From contig NC_135261.1 of assembly GCF_964204865.1 (NCBI RefSeq), forward strand, positions 8,680,001-8,744,000: a stretch of DNA of 64,000 bases, read 5' to 3'. Both the position numbers and the translations under genes were made by a program. The stretch comes from Styela clava. Taxonomy: Eukaryota. This document shows positions 52,058-63,926 of this stretch, piece by piece; the first letter of the stretch is position 1, and each line of letters starts with the position of its first letter. The notes beneath the pieces are model-generated. The model did no database searches. It was given only the letters and a program-made list of their open reading frames with translations, and had not been told where the DNA came from.

Positions 52058-55000
52058 GTCTCTGTATTCTAGAGATATCAATTTCTACATTTATGCAAAA
52101 TTTATTGTACAACAAGCATTTTTCAGGGGTCAGCCCAATTATACAGCCCAACTAGTCGCATGTCACACCGTGACATCACGGAGTGACAGAAATTCCTTAT
52201 CATTTAAATGGTATTAAGAAAGTTGAACAATTAGTTGTAAGTAGTCAAAATTGGTTATTTGTTTGAAATTACAAAACTTTTGAACAAAAAATTAGGAAAC
52301 ATGATATTTTTTGTCGTTCTGCTTGTGTCTCCCTCATATTAATATGCTAAACGATTGCACTAACTTTAATAATCTGTATAGTTAACCCTTTCCATGCGAT
52401 TTTTATTTTTTATTAAATAATCGTATTTGCTACGCCGACTTTATGCATTTGTACCCCCACAACTAATCGATCGACTAACGAAAAAGTAATGATCCTCTGC
52501 TGCCCACTGACGGCTCGTTGGAAAGCTTATTTAAAGAGCTTGCAATTGGCGATTGAAATTTTTTTTTTTTTTCAGAAGGGGTGGTCTGAGTCACAAACAG
52601 GATAGAAAAAAGACATTTTTTTTCTTGGGTGTTGAAACTTCAAGCCGTGATAAAAAATAGAAATATTCGCTAAATCCTTTACTGTTACCGCTTCTTGGTT
52701 GGCAAACAATAGCATAATATTACTGTAGCAATTTCGTTATCTAACTCAAAATACTTTGGTAGATGGAAGGGATAATATGTCTTCTATTACCACCCAAAAA
52801 ACACCGAAATTTGCATAAATCAAAAACACTCCCTCGTTCCGCCGCAAATAAAACTCCCATGGTAAACGAAAGCGAGATTTACCGTCGCTTATGTTAATCT
52901 CGAAGAAGGCTTCTTATCAATAAACTAAAACCCGGAAAAACTAGACCAACAGTTTGCGACCGATTGCTAAATAAAACAGTGGAGTACATCAACGTACCCG
53001 CCGCAAACTAGCGAGTTTTGTCGTGGGTACGTATACGTGCCCACCGCACGGAAAGGGTTAAGTAAAAAGCCATGTTGCACAGCCATCATGAAACAGACAT
53101 AACTATTCCACTCCTATATATTTGGAATCTTATTGCAGTGACATGACTAAGTATGGGCAATTCAAAATATAGAATCTGGAGGATTCATTAATGCAATTCA
53201 ATTTAAGCATCTTCGCACCATTCGACGATTTTTGTAATTTAGAGGTCTAATTATTAACCATAGAAAACCTTTTTCTCTTGCGTTGAAGTCTCTCTTGTTA
53301 GGTAGTACTTGCGTCTGCTTGCAAAGCACACATAGCAGCAGTCGGCCCCAAACACAGTATTTTTAATCTGCATATTCAGAACAAGAAGACGGTGATAAAT
53401 ATGTCACTGCGAAAACTCGTTATCGCATCATTTTTGTGTTTTTCAGCTTTATGATATAGTTGGCACATTATTGGTGACAATGAATGATGCACTGGCGTTT
53501 TCTAATTTGAACAATCTTCAATTTTTGACACATCTTATTTCTTTTACATTTCATGATTTTTCGCATCCTATGAGTTAACCCGATGAATGAATATAAACCA
53601 AAATCCAGATACTGATGTTAAAACTTGAGATTTAATATTGTTTGAGCATTATAAAAATATCACATTATATTGTAAATCAATGCATTTTACCATATTTACT
53701 CTGCCATTCCAACAGATCACATATTTTTTCTAATTGTAGTCTACAATATGTTCGTTCATATTGTCCAAAACCGGCACATGTTAGGTCAAATATTTTGGTC
53801 ACTGACAGTTTTAAAAAAGTTGCCATTGCCATTTAATCATGTCTTCCAAGTTTCCTCCTTGTGGGTAAGATCCAAAGTAAGAAGAGGGCAAAGCGGAATA
53901 ATTTGCAGTTTAAACCCAATATTATAGTACTTCTGTCTTCGCGTACAGAATAATAATATTTTAAAAAAAATGGCATACTTTTGTCACTCCGTGACGTCAC
54001 GGAGTGACGAGATCTCTTGAAGTACTGCGAATAAACAACAAGCAACTATCAACTGCCAAATTGGTAAATTATTGGGCCCCGACCCCCAAAGTGACGTCTC
54101 AGTTTTTGAGGCAAATAGTTATTGAAATATATCAGATAATTAACGTCACAGAGGCAAATTTCCATCAACTCTGTTTAGCCCAGTGTTGCCAATAGTGCAC
54201 AGTGCAATATTTAGATTAAGCACAGATATCAGAAGTAAAACTTAATACATACTTTGGTTAAACAAATACATTTTAAGGTAACATAAATATCATGAGAGTT
54301 TATGTTACAAAACTGAAGAAAATTAGGCAGAAAACCATCAATTATTCCGCTGAAGAAAAAACAATTATTTTGAGCCCTATCTGTGCCTTCTCATGCGATT
54401 TTAAAAACTTCCAAGATATGTCCTACACTTTCTGCAGTTTAATATTCCAATTACGCAAGATATAATTTTTACCAAATTTTCAACTAATTTATGGAATTGC
54501 TGCACATGGACTTGTGACATAGAATAGATTACAAGTGAAATAAAGAAAGCATTTGTTATGGATTTTTGTATGATATAATGATATATCCTCATTCCAGTTC
54601 TCACTGAGTCACACAAAACTTGTAACGCTAAAAGTTCTGCTCACACACTCCATAGAGAATGAAAAAGCACAAAAAACACATTGTCTTGTAGTTACACTTA
54701 TTTAAACTTTATTATAATGGATACTACTTGCTACATTCTTTCAGCTATCTATATCAATTTTGCGGGAAGCGTTTTGCTTTGTTGAGAATAAAGTATTATC
54801 ATGAGGTTATCCAATGCCAATGATAGATGCGTGTTACTCTGAGAACATGGCTTAACTATGCTTGCGTTGTAGGTTAATATCGCTGGAGACTGGAGGTCAA
54901 ACGTTTTGTCAATCAATCGGTCTATTAATTCTAATAATATCACTGTCGATGGGAAGAATGAAAAAACAGACGAACTTGGACGGATCGTCACAATTTAATT

Positions 55001-57490
55001 TGCACAAATCACTGGGCTTGTGCTCATTTGATATAGTAATAAACCTGCTGAAAGTATTCATAAAAGTAGCAAATTTTTTGTGTCTTCGTGCTTATTTGAG
55101 ATGTGATCTTTTGAACTTTCAGAAATTGGCCCTTAATGTTTTTAGTCATCAAACTTCATTAGCTTTCAGTTGTCACCCAAAATCTATTAGCGTACATGCC
55201 AGACCAAAAAGTTGACAATTTTGCAGAGAATTTCCAAGTTATGTGAAATCACTTTGTCATAGCTGTTTTCTTACGGTATTGTCATAAAGTATATAAATTT
55301 TTTTCAGAGATTAAATCTCTTTGTTTTTGAGTGAGTGCGTGTGACTTCCCTTTGAGTGAATTTTAACTAAAAAACTGTTTGAGTTTAGGTTTATAGATAC
55401 CACTCATCTATACCGTTGAAAAATAGCTAGTACTTGTATTTAGGAACAACGGGGAGTAAGATTAATGATCACAGCTAGATATGCTTCTAGTATGGATTTA
55501 AAGATTCTTATTTGAAGTATCACGATAATTGAAAGTGTTGCATCAGATGAGTTGACAATAATTTACAAATACATCAGAAATCTTTGCACTTTGATGGCTA
55601 CTTACAATATTACCCCTGAGTGACTTCAACTTACTATTTTGTGACTTTTGAATTTTGTCAACCTTAATGAAAACATTAATCATGAAAAGAACGAGAGACT
55701 GGATAGATTTTTTGTTGCACGTTCTACCTTTAATAAATTAATTTAGGAACATTTTCAAGGCTTGTGACATATATGCAAAATTTTTTTCTCCGTGTTGTTG
55801 CTGCTCTATGTTAATAAACAGTAGTTGATTTATAAATTTACTTATTTTGATGACAATCTGAAATGAATTCTTCTCACATCCACAATTTTTATTGATGAAT
55901 TAACAGGCAAATATATAGGGATAAAATGGACATAACATTGCTGATTATATAAGTTGATGTAGAAGATGAATACATGATACACATAATAATAACTGCAGTT
56001 TTGTACTGATTTTCATCTATTAAAAACCCATGAAATTCTCTGGATGTTCAACTGATTCTGAAAGATGAAGTTGTACATTGATTCCTTTTTCCATGAGTTT
56101 GTTCCACATCAGGGTGAGTTGCTGAATTGTTGGATTCATAGATGGGAAAACCACCCAGACAACCCATTCATCTGAAATACATTGGTACAGTTTAGAATTG
56201 AGACTGCAGTGGGAAAATTTTACATGTCATTTTTTGGTAAAAATGCTGGCAACATTACTATAATACATTTATAGACTATATCATCAGTAGCCATAAAAGA
56301 TTGAAAACCACTGATTTATTATAATTGAGGAAGATTCAAAATAATGTGGTGTGAAATTATATCACAGAAAGATATTTCTTCTTCGAGTGACAAAAAATTA
56401 ATAACTTATCAGCAAAAAATATGAAGGTGCGATTGTTGATTGTAATCCAGCAAGAGTACTCGTATGTGTATACTTCTCATACTGTTTATTTGCCTCAAAA
56501 ATGTAACAGCATCTGGATAATAATACTCAGAAAGACATATTCAAGATCTTACTTTTCCGGACACAGTTGTGCGATATGTACCCTTCACATGCGTAACAAC
56601 AGTTTAGGACTGCTGCATTTTACTAGGACAATAGACATGAAATAAATATACAATGAAAACTTAGGTGTGATACACAAGACAGAAAGGTACATAATGACAG
56701 CGTACAAAAGTCTGTTAATTGCACATCCATGTCCCAGGTTCCGATGTTAATAAATGAGTGTAGGGTATGAATCGTCCATTGATTTTTTTTACAATTAATA
56801 TTACAAATCACATGAAAATTTGTTTCAGACATGTACCAATAAGAGAAGGTGTATCGTCTTTTCTCACTTTGAAGCGATCATAAAATAAATTCAACACCGG
56901 TGTGAGATGATATTCAAGCCACAATGCAATTTATTAAACGACATTTCGCTGTTAACGACACACAATATTTATTTCTTCAAATGCCTTACGATGTTGCGCA
57001 TTGCACAATTGAAGCAATGTTTTAATTCCAGCATATCACATCTCAAGAGATACTAGGTGCATTCTTGATCACAGTTGCTCTAGTTCAGAACAATGCTCAG
57101 ATACTAGGTGCAATCTTGATCACAGTTGCTCTAGTTCAGAACAATGCTCATTACTATTGCTCCTACCATAGTTTTGTTGCATAAGATGGCGATACAGTAA
57201 TATTTATATACCTGCATAGCTGCAGAATGCATAAATTATGTAATTCTCCTCATCACTTGAAATCAGAAGATCACCACTGAACAGAGCATCATCTGGATAT
57301 CAAGAAATAAAAATATAGAATGAAGATATCAAATTACATTCTACTTTTAATAACTTTCAATACCATTTTTACCTATTTTCGCTGCATCTTCACTTCTTCT
57401 ACCCTCTGGAGTTAAAGATTGTGATGCTTGGAACGATGGTTCTGTTTGAAAATTCGAATAAATCTCATTTTTCTTATTAGAATATTATTA
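52058..57490 (+). repeat. Segmental duplicate of about 59636-64000 (K versus L downstream regions and 3' exons)
   Basis: Near-identical colinear sequence and duplicated ORF-track entries, e.g. 53833/60746 and 54862/61819. Confidence 0.9.
52386..53057. mobile_element. piggyBac-like MITE, 672 bp
   Basis: TTAA TSD on both sides and TIRs ccctttccatgcg / cgcacggaaaggg. Empty TTAA site at 59961 in the duplicated block. Confidence 0.9.
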
Positions 57491-58223
57491 AAATAAAAGT
57501 TAGCTCAAAATATATACCATCATCCTTTGCCAATCTGTAGATACCTGCTTCCTTTTTTGTATAGTGGACTGTAAAAGTTTGTGAAGGAGAACTAAAATAT
57601 AAAGTTAACATTATATTGTAATTAGTTACAGTTAGTCAATTGATTAATATTAGACTTAATTTGACTTAGCAATATGTTAACTATCCCTCATGTAAAAAAT
57701 ATCCTACTTCTTGTGTAGTTCTGTGACCATCTTTTGCACTCCTGTGCTTGTTTTGGTAAAATTGTGTAGTTTTGCACCAAATACATCTTTATCCATTACT
57801 GGGTCAAAAGTATGTAGAACTTCGTACCAGGCATTAGGAAACTGTCAGTGGATGAGGCATAATGAATGTACATGAACATAACTGTTTTGATTATATTCTT
57901 CAATATAGTGAGTTTTCAAAGATGGGCGATAATTTTAATTTAAACAAAGAAAACAATTCTCATTGATAAACGAATTTATATATGCTTATGCTAAACACAT
58001 TGATTTATATAATACTAATGTTTTGTTACAGAGAGATAATACCATGTTTTTATTCTACTTCACAAAAGTCTTCAAAAGTTATGAATTTCAAGAATTTACT
58101 CACATTATCCCAATCAATATCTTCGTTATCTTCTGGAATGTTGCATTGTTTAGTCTGAATGAATTCAAAACTTTGAACCAACATCAATAGCAAAATGTAC
58201 CTGCCACTATTTAAGATAAACAT
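56020..58223 (-). CDS. Lipocalin-like secreted protein, copy K (class I, 209 aa)
   Basis: Exons 58223-58104, 57841-57708, 57591-57518, 57441-57373, 57292-57212, 56171-56020 (ends ...HPENFMGF*). Open frame, GT-AG. Confidence 0.9.
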
Positions 58224-58518
58224 CTTCTTTTTATTCAATTTGGATATTTAAATTCTAGATGAATAATGAAATGAAAGATGAATTGTTTTCAATTATCATC
58301 ACGGTTTTCAGTATTGTATTGTTTCTCTTAAATATTAATTTGAAGATTTTAATGTAATGTAGTTTTATTTTTAAACTAATAGATTGAAAAAGTTACTGTA
58401 CACTGTTGAAATCACAGCTATCTCTATGAGTGTAAAAAAATATTGTTTTAGTGTATATAATACACAAACAAATATTGGTCTGTTACTTCGTGTAAGACAT
58501 GAAACCATCAGTCTAAAT

Positions 58519-59046
58519 CAGGAGTGTGCAAAGTGCGGCCCGCGGGCCAAATGCGGCCCGCAAGAAAAAATTGTGCGGCCCGCGGAGAAGTGCTAACTTT
58601 AAATGGTGTCCAGCCAGTGGAATGAGTTTTTAATTTATTTCAATCCGGTTCCCTTTGCGTGGCAAAGCTTATATCCGAGTCCAAATTATTATCTATTCAT
58701 ATGGCGTTACAATTTCGGCTCAACATATTTTTTCTAAAGTGGGCCTCATAAAACCGCCTGAAAAAAAAAGACTTGGAAATAAATATCAAATTACTAGTAC
58801 TTACATTAAAGCAAATTTGGATAAAGGTAGTCAGGAAAATAATCCAGCAGCTAATTTCTCACTCAATTTGTTTAAATTTGAATGGGAGTTATCAAACACT
58901 TTTGCGTTTCAACCCATCATTTCTGCAAGGACCTCCAATAATGCCATGAGATCAATAACAAAAAGACACTATTCTGTGTCTGCGGCCCGCGGTTTTACCC
59001 AGGTATCGATATCTGGCTCCACTACAAAAAAGGTTGCACGCCCCTG
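58519..59046. mobile_element. hAT MITE upstream of copy K, same family and site as 41116-41635
   Basis: TIRs caggagtgtgcaa / ttgcacgcccctg and perfect TSD gtctaaat. Confidence 0.88.
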
Positions 59047-62000
59047 GTCTAAATGAATCCCTGCCAAGACTCTTCATTTTGTCTTGAACTTTATATGACA
59101 AGCCTTTCCTCCTGCGGTACAGTTTTATAGGCCTATATGAGCAATGTCTGAAAAAACTGTGATCAATGACTTCAATTTGTTTATTTAAATTCAATATGAA
59201 GGTAAACATTGAGATAGCTTTGCAAAGTGCAAGAAGCGCTTCATATTGAAAACCTCTTAGAAAGTTGAATCCCTTTATGCAACACAAGTTTTTACATTCA
59301 CCGTATTTTTCGTCTATTATGACGCTTTTCTGAACCCAAGTTTTTTCATCTAATTATTGGTGGGCTATGCTTATTTTTATTATCGCAAAATCTTCTCAAG
59401 CATGATTTGTGTTAATTTTATATTTGGTTTAATATATATGTATTCGACACAACACGGTCTGCCAGTCATGATTACTGGTATATATTTGACCTCATACTAC
59501 CAGCAATCATTTGTCATATTCTTTTTGAAAATTTAATAGCAATCATCACTAATGCGATAAGGCTTCTACCTATTTATATCCGAATCGGTGCTTCAAAAAG
59601 AAAAAGGCTATCACAAGATAAACCCTTCGGTATATTGTCTCTGTATTCTAGAGATATTAATTCCTACATTTGTGCCAAATTTATTGTACAACAAGCATTT
59701 TTCAGGAAGCAGCCCAATTATACAGCCCAACTAGTCGCATGTCACTCCGTGACGTCACGGAGTGACAAAAATTCCTTATCATTAAATGGTATTAAGAAAG
59801 TTGAACAATTAGTTGTGAGTAGTCAAAATTGGTTATTTGTTTGAAATTAGAAAAACTTTTGAACAAAAAATTAGGAGACATGATATTTTTTGTCGTTCTG
59901 CTTGTGTCTCCCTCATATTAATATGCTAAACGATTGCACTAACTTTAATAATCTGTATAGTTAAGTAAAAAGCCATGTTGCACAGCCAGCATGAAACAGA
60001 CATAACTATTCCACTCCTATGTATTTGGAATCTTATTGCAGTGACATGACTAAGTATGGGCAATTCAAAATATAGAATCTGGAGGATTCATTAATGCAAT
60101 TCAATTTAAGCATCTTCGCACCATTCAACGATTTTTGTAATTTAGAGGTCTAATTTATTAACCATAGAAACTTTTTCTCTTGCGTTGAAGTCTCTCTTGT
60201 TAGGTAGTACTTGCGTCTGCTTGCAAAGCACACATAGCAGCAGTAGGCCCCAAACACAGTATTTTTAATCTGCATATTCAGAACAAGAAGACAGTGATAA
60301 ATATGTCACTGCGAAAACTACCGTAGTTATTGCATCATTTTTGTGTTTTTCAGCTTTATGATATAGTTGGCACATGAAAAGAATTATTGGTGACAATGAG
60401 TGATGCACTGGCGTTTTCTAATTGGAACAATCTTCAATTTTTGACGAACACATCTTAATTCTTTTACATTTCATGATTTTTCGCATCCTATGAGTTAACC
60501 CGATGAATGAATATAAACCAAAATCCAGATACCGATGTTGAAACTTGAGATTTAATATTGTTTGTGAATTATAAAAATGTCAAATTATATTGTAAATCAA
60601 TGCATTTTGCCATAGTTATTCTGCCATTCCAACAGATCACATATTTTTGTAATTGCAGTCTACAATAAGTTCTTTCATATTGTCCAAAACCGGCACATAT
60701 TAGGTCAAATATTGTGGTCACTGACAGTTTTAAAAAAGTTGCCATTTAATCATGTCTTCCAAGTTTCCTTGTGGGTAAGATCGAAAGTAAGAAGAGGGCA
60801 AAGCGGAAGAATTTGCAGGTTAAACCCAATATTATAGTACTTCTGTCTTCGCGTACAGAATAATAATATTTTGAAAAAAATGGCATACTTTTGTCACTCC
60901 GTGACGTCACGGAGTGACGAGATCTCTTGAAGTACTGCGAATAAACAACAAGCAACTATCAACTGCCAAATTGGTAAATTATTGGGCCCCGACCCCCAAA
61001 GTGACGTCTCAGTTTTTGAGGCAAATAGTTATTGAAATATATCAGATAATTAAAATAAAGTTGACAAATTGTCACGGAGTGACGCGTCACAGAGGCAAAT
61101 TTCCATCAACTCTGTTTAGCCCAGTGTTGCCAATAGTGCACAGTGCAATATTTAGATTAAGCACAGATATCAGAAGTAAAACTTAACACATACTTTGGTT
61201 AAACAAATACATTTTAAGGTAACATAAATATCATGAGAGTTTATGTTACAAAACTGAAGATAATTAGGCAGAAAACCATCAATTATTCCGCTGAAGAAAA
61301 AACAATTATTTTGAGCCCTATCTGTGCCTTCTCATGCGATTTTAAAAACTTCCAAGATATGTCCTACACTTTCTGCAGTTTAATATTTCAATTACGCAAG
61401 ATATAATTTTTACCAAATTTTCAACTACTTTATGGAATTGCTGCACATGGACTTGTGACATAGAATAGATTACAAGTGAATTAAAGAAAGCATTTGTTAT
61501 GGATTTTTGTTTTTTGTATGATATAATGATATATCCTCATTCCAGTTCTCACTGAGTCACACAAAACTTGTAACGCTAAAAGTTCTGCTCACACACTTCA
61601 TAGAGAATGAAAAAGCACAAAAAACACATTGTCTTGTAGTTACACTTATTTAAACTTTATTATAATGGATACTACTTGCTACATTCTTTCAGCTATCTAT
61701 ATCAATTTTGCGGGAAGCGTTTTGCTTTGTTGAGAATAAAGTATTATCATGAGGTTATCCAATGCCAATGATAGATGCAAATAATTTGTGTTACTCTGAA
61801 AACATGGCTTAACTATGCTTGCGTTGTAGGTTAATATCACTGGAGACTGGAGGTCAAGCGTTTTGTCAATCAATCGGTATATTAATTCTAATAATATCAC
61901 TGTCGATGGGAAGAATGAAAAAACAGACGAACTTGGACGGATCGTCACAATTTAATTTGCACAAATCACTGGGCTTGTGCGCATTTGATATAGTAATAAA

Positions 62001-62920
62001 CCTGCTAAAAGTATTCATAAAAGTAGCAAATTTTTTGTGTTTTTGTGCTTATTTGAGATGTGATCTTCTGAACTTTCAGAAATTGGTCCTAAATGTTTTT
62101 AGTCATCAAACTTCATTAGCTTTCAGTTGTAACCCAAAGTCTATTAGCGTACATGCCAGACCAAAAAGTTGACAATTTTGCAGAGAATTTTCAAGTTATG
62201 TGAAGTCACTTTGTCATAGCTGTTTTCTAACTGTATTGTCATGAAGTATATAAACTTTTCAGAGATTAATTCTCTTTGTTTTTGAGTGAGTGCATGTGAC
62301 TCTCCTTTGAGTAAATTTGAACTGAAAAACTGTTGAGTTTAGGTTCATAAATACCACTCATCTAAAAACGTTGAAGAATTGCTAGTACTTGTAGTTAGGA
62401 ACAAAGGGGTGTTAAAATAATATTCACAGCTAGATATGCTTCTAGTATTGATTCAGTGTACCATTATAATTGAAAGTGTTGCATCAGATGAGCTATTCAA
62501 CAGTTGAATAATTTATAAATTCATCAGAAATCTTTGCACTTTGATAGCTACTTACGACATTACTATTTTGTGGCTTTTGAATCTTGTCAACTTTGAAGAA
62601 AGCATTAATCATGGAAAGAACGAGAGACTAGATAGATTTTTTATTGCAATTATTACCGTTAATAAATAGATTCCGAAACATTTTCAAGGCTTATGACATA
62701 TATGCAAAATTTTACTTTGCATTGTTGTTGTTGCATTGTTGCATAGTTGATTTTTAAATAAATTTTTTTGAATATTGTCTGAAATAAATTCTTTTCACAT
62801 CCACAATTTTTATTGATGAATTAACAGGCAAATATATTGCAAACATTGCTGATTATATAAGTTGATGTAGTAGATAAATACATGATAGACATAATTATAT
62901 CTGCAATTTTCATAGAATTT

Positions 62921-63926
62921 TCATCTATTAAAACCCATGAAATTCTCTGGATGTTTAACTGATTCTGAAAGGTAAAGTTGTACATTGATTTGTTTTTCCA
63001 TGAGTTTGTTCCACATCAGAGTGAGTTGCTGAATTGTTGGATTCATAGATGGGAAAGCCACCCACACAACCCATTCATCTGAAATACATTGGTACAGGTT
63101 ACAATTAAGACTGCAGTGGGAAAATTTTACATGTCATATTTTGGTGAAAATGCTGGCAACATTACTATAATAAATTTATAGACCATATCATCAGTAGCCA
63201 TAAAAGGTTGAAAACCACTGATTTATTAGAATTGCCGATTGAGGAAGATCCAAAATAATGTGGTGTGAAATTATATCACACAAAGATATTTCTTCTTTGA
63301 CTGACAAAAACCTCAATAACGATTGTGGAATCACAATCAATATTAGGAATCACATGAAAATTTGTTCTAGACATGTATCGATAAAAGAAGGCGTATTCAC
63401 TTTTCTCACTTTGAAGCAATCATAAAGCAAAATTATCACTGTTGTGAGATGATATACAAGCCACAATGCAATTTATTAAACAACATTTTGCTGTTAACGA
63501 CACATAATTTTTGGTTCTTCAAATGCCTTACGATGTTGCGCATTGCACAATTGAATCGACGTTTTAATTCCAGCATATCACATCACACCTCAAAAGATAC
63601 TACCTGCACTCTTGATCACAGTTGCTTTAGTTTAGAACAATGCTCATTACTATTGCTCTTACCATAGTTTCGTTGCATAAGATGGTGATACAGTATTTAT
63701 TTATATACCTGCATAGCTGCAGAATGCATTAATCATATAATTCTCCTCATCACTTAAAATCAGAAAATCACCACTGAACAGAGCATCATCTGAATATCAA
63801 GAAATAAAAATATAGAATGAAGATCAAATAACATTCTACTTTTAATAACAATTTTACCTATTTTCGCTGCATCTTCACTTCTTCCACCCTCCGGAGTTAA
63901 AGATTGTGATGCTTTGATAGCTGGTT
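62921..63926 (-). CDS. Lipocalin-like copy L; coding exons 4-6, 5' exons beyond the right edge
   Basis: Exons 63926-63858 (EPAIKASQSLTPEGGRSEDAAKI), 63789-63709, 63078-62921. Open frame. Confidence 0.86.

Noticed and set aside
54700-55450. Conserved gene suggested by similar ORFs at 24230, 37733, 54862 and 61819
   Set aside because: The similarity comes from duplicated spacer DNA. Frames and stops differ between copies; it is probably an old repeat remnant.
2203-63667. Most ORF-track entries as stand-alone genes
   Set aside because: They are short, often start at non-ATG codons, and are antisense to real exons, read-throughs of single exons into introns, or lie in transposons and duplicated spacers.
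92-63926. One giant gene with mutually exclusive exon clusters (Dscam or protocadherin style)
   Set aside because: Exons recur as complete ordered sets 1-6, each with its own ATG, stop and promoter, not as banks of alternatives for one exon. Occasional read-through splicing is not excluded.
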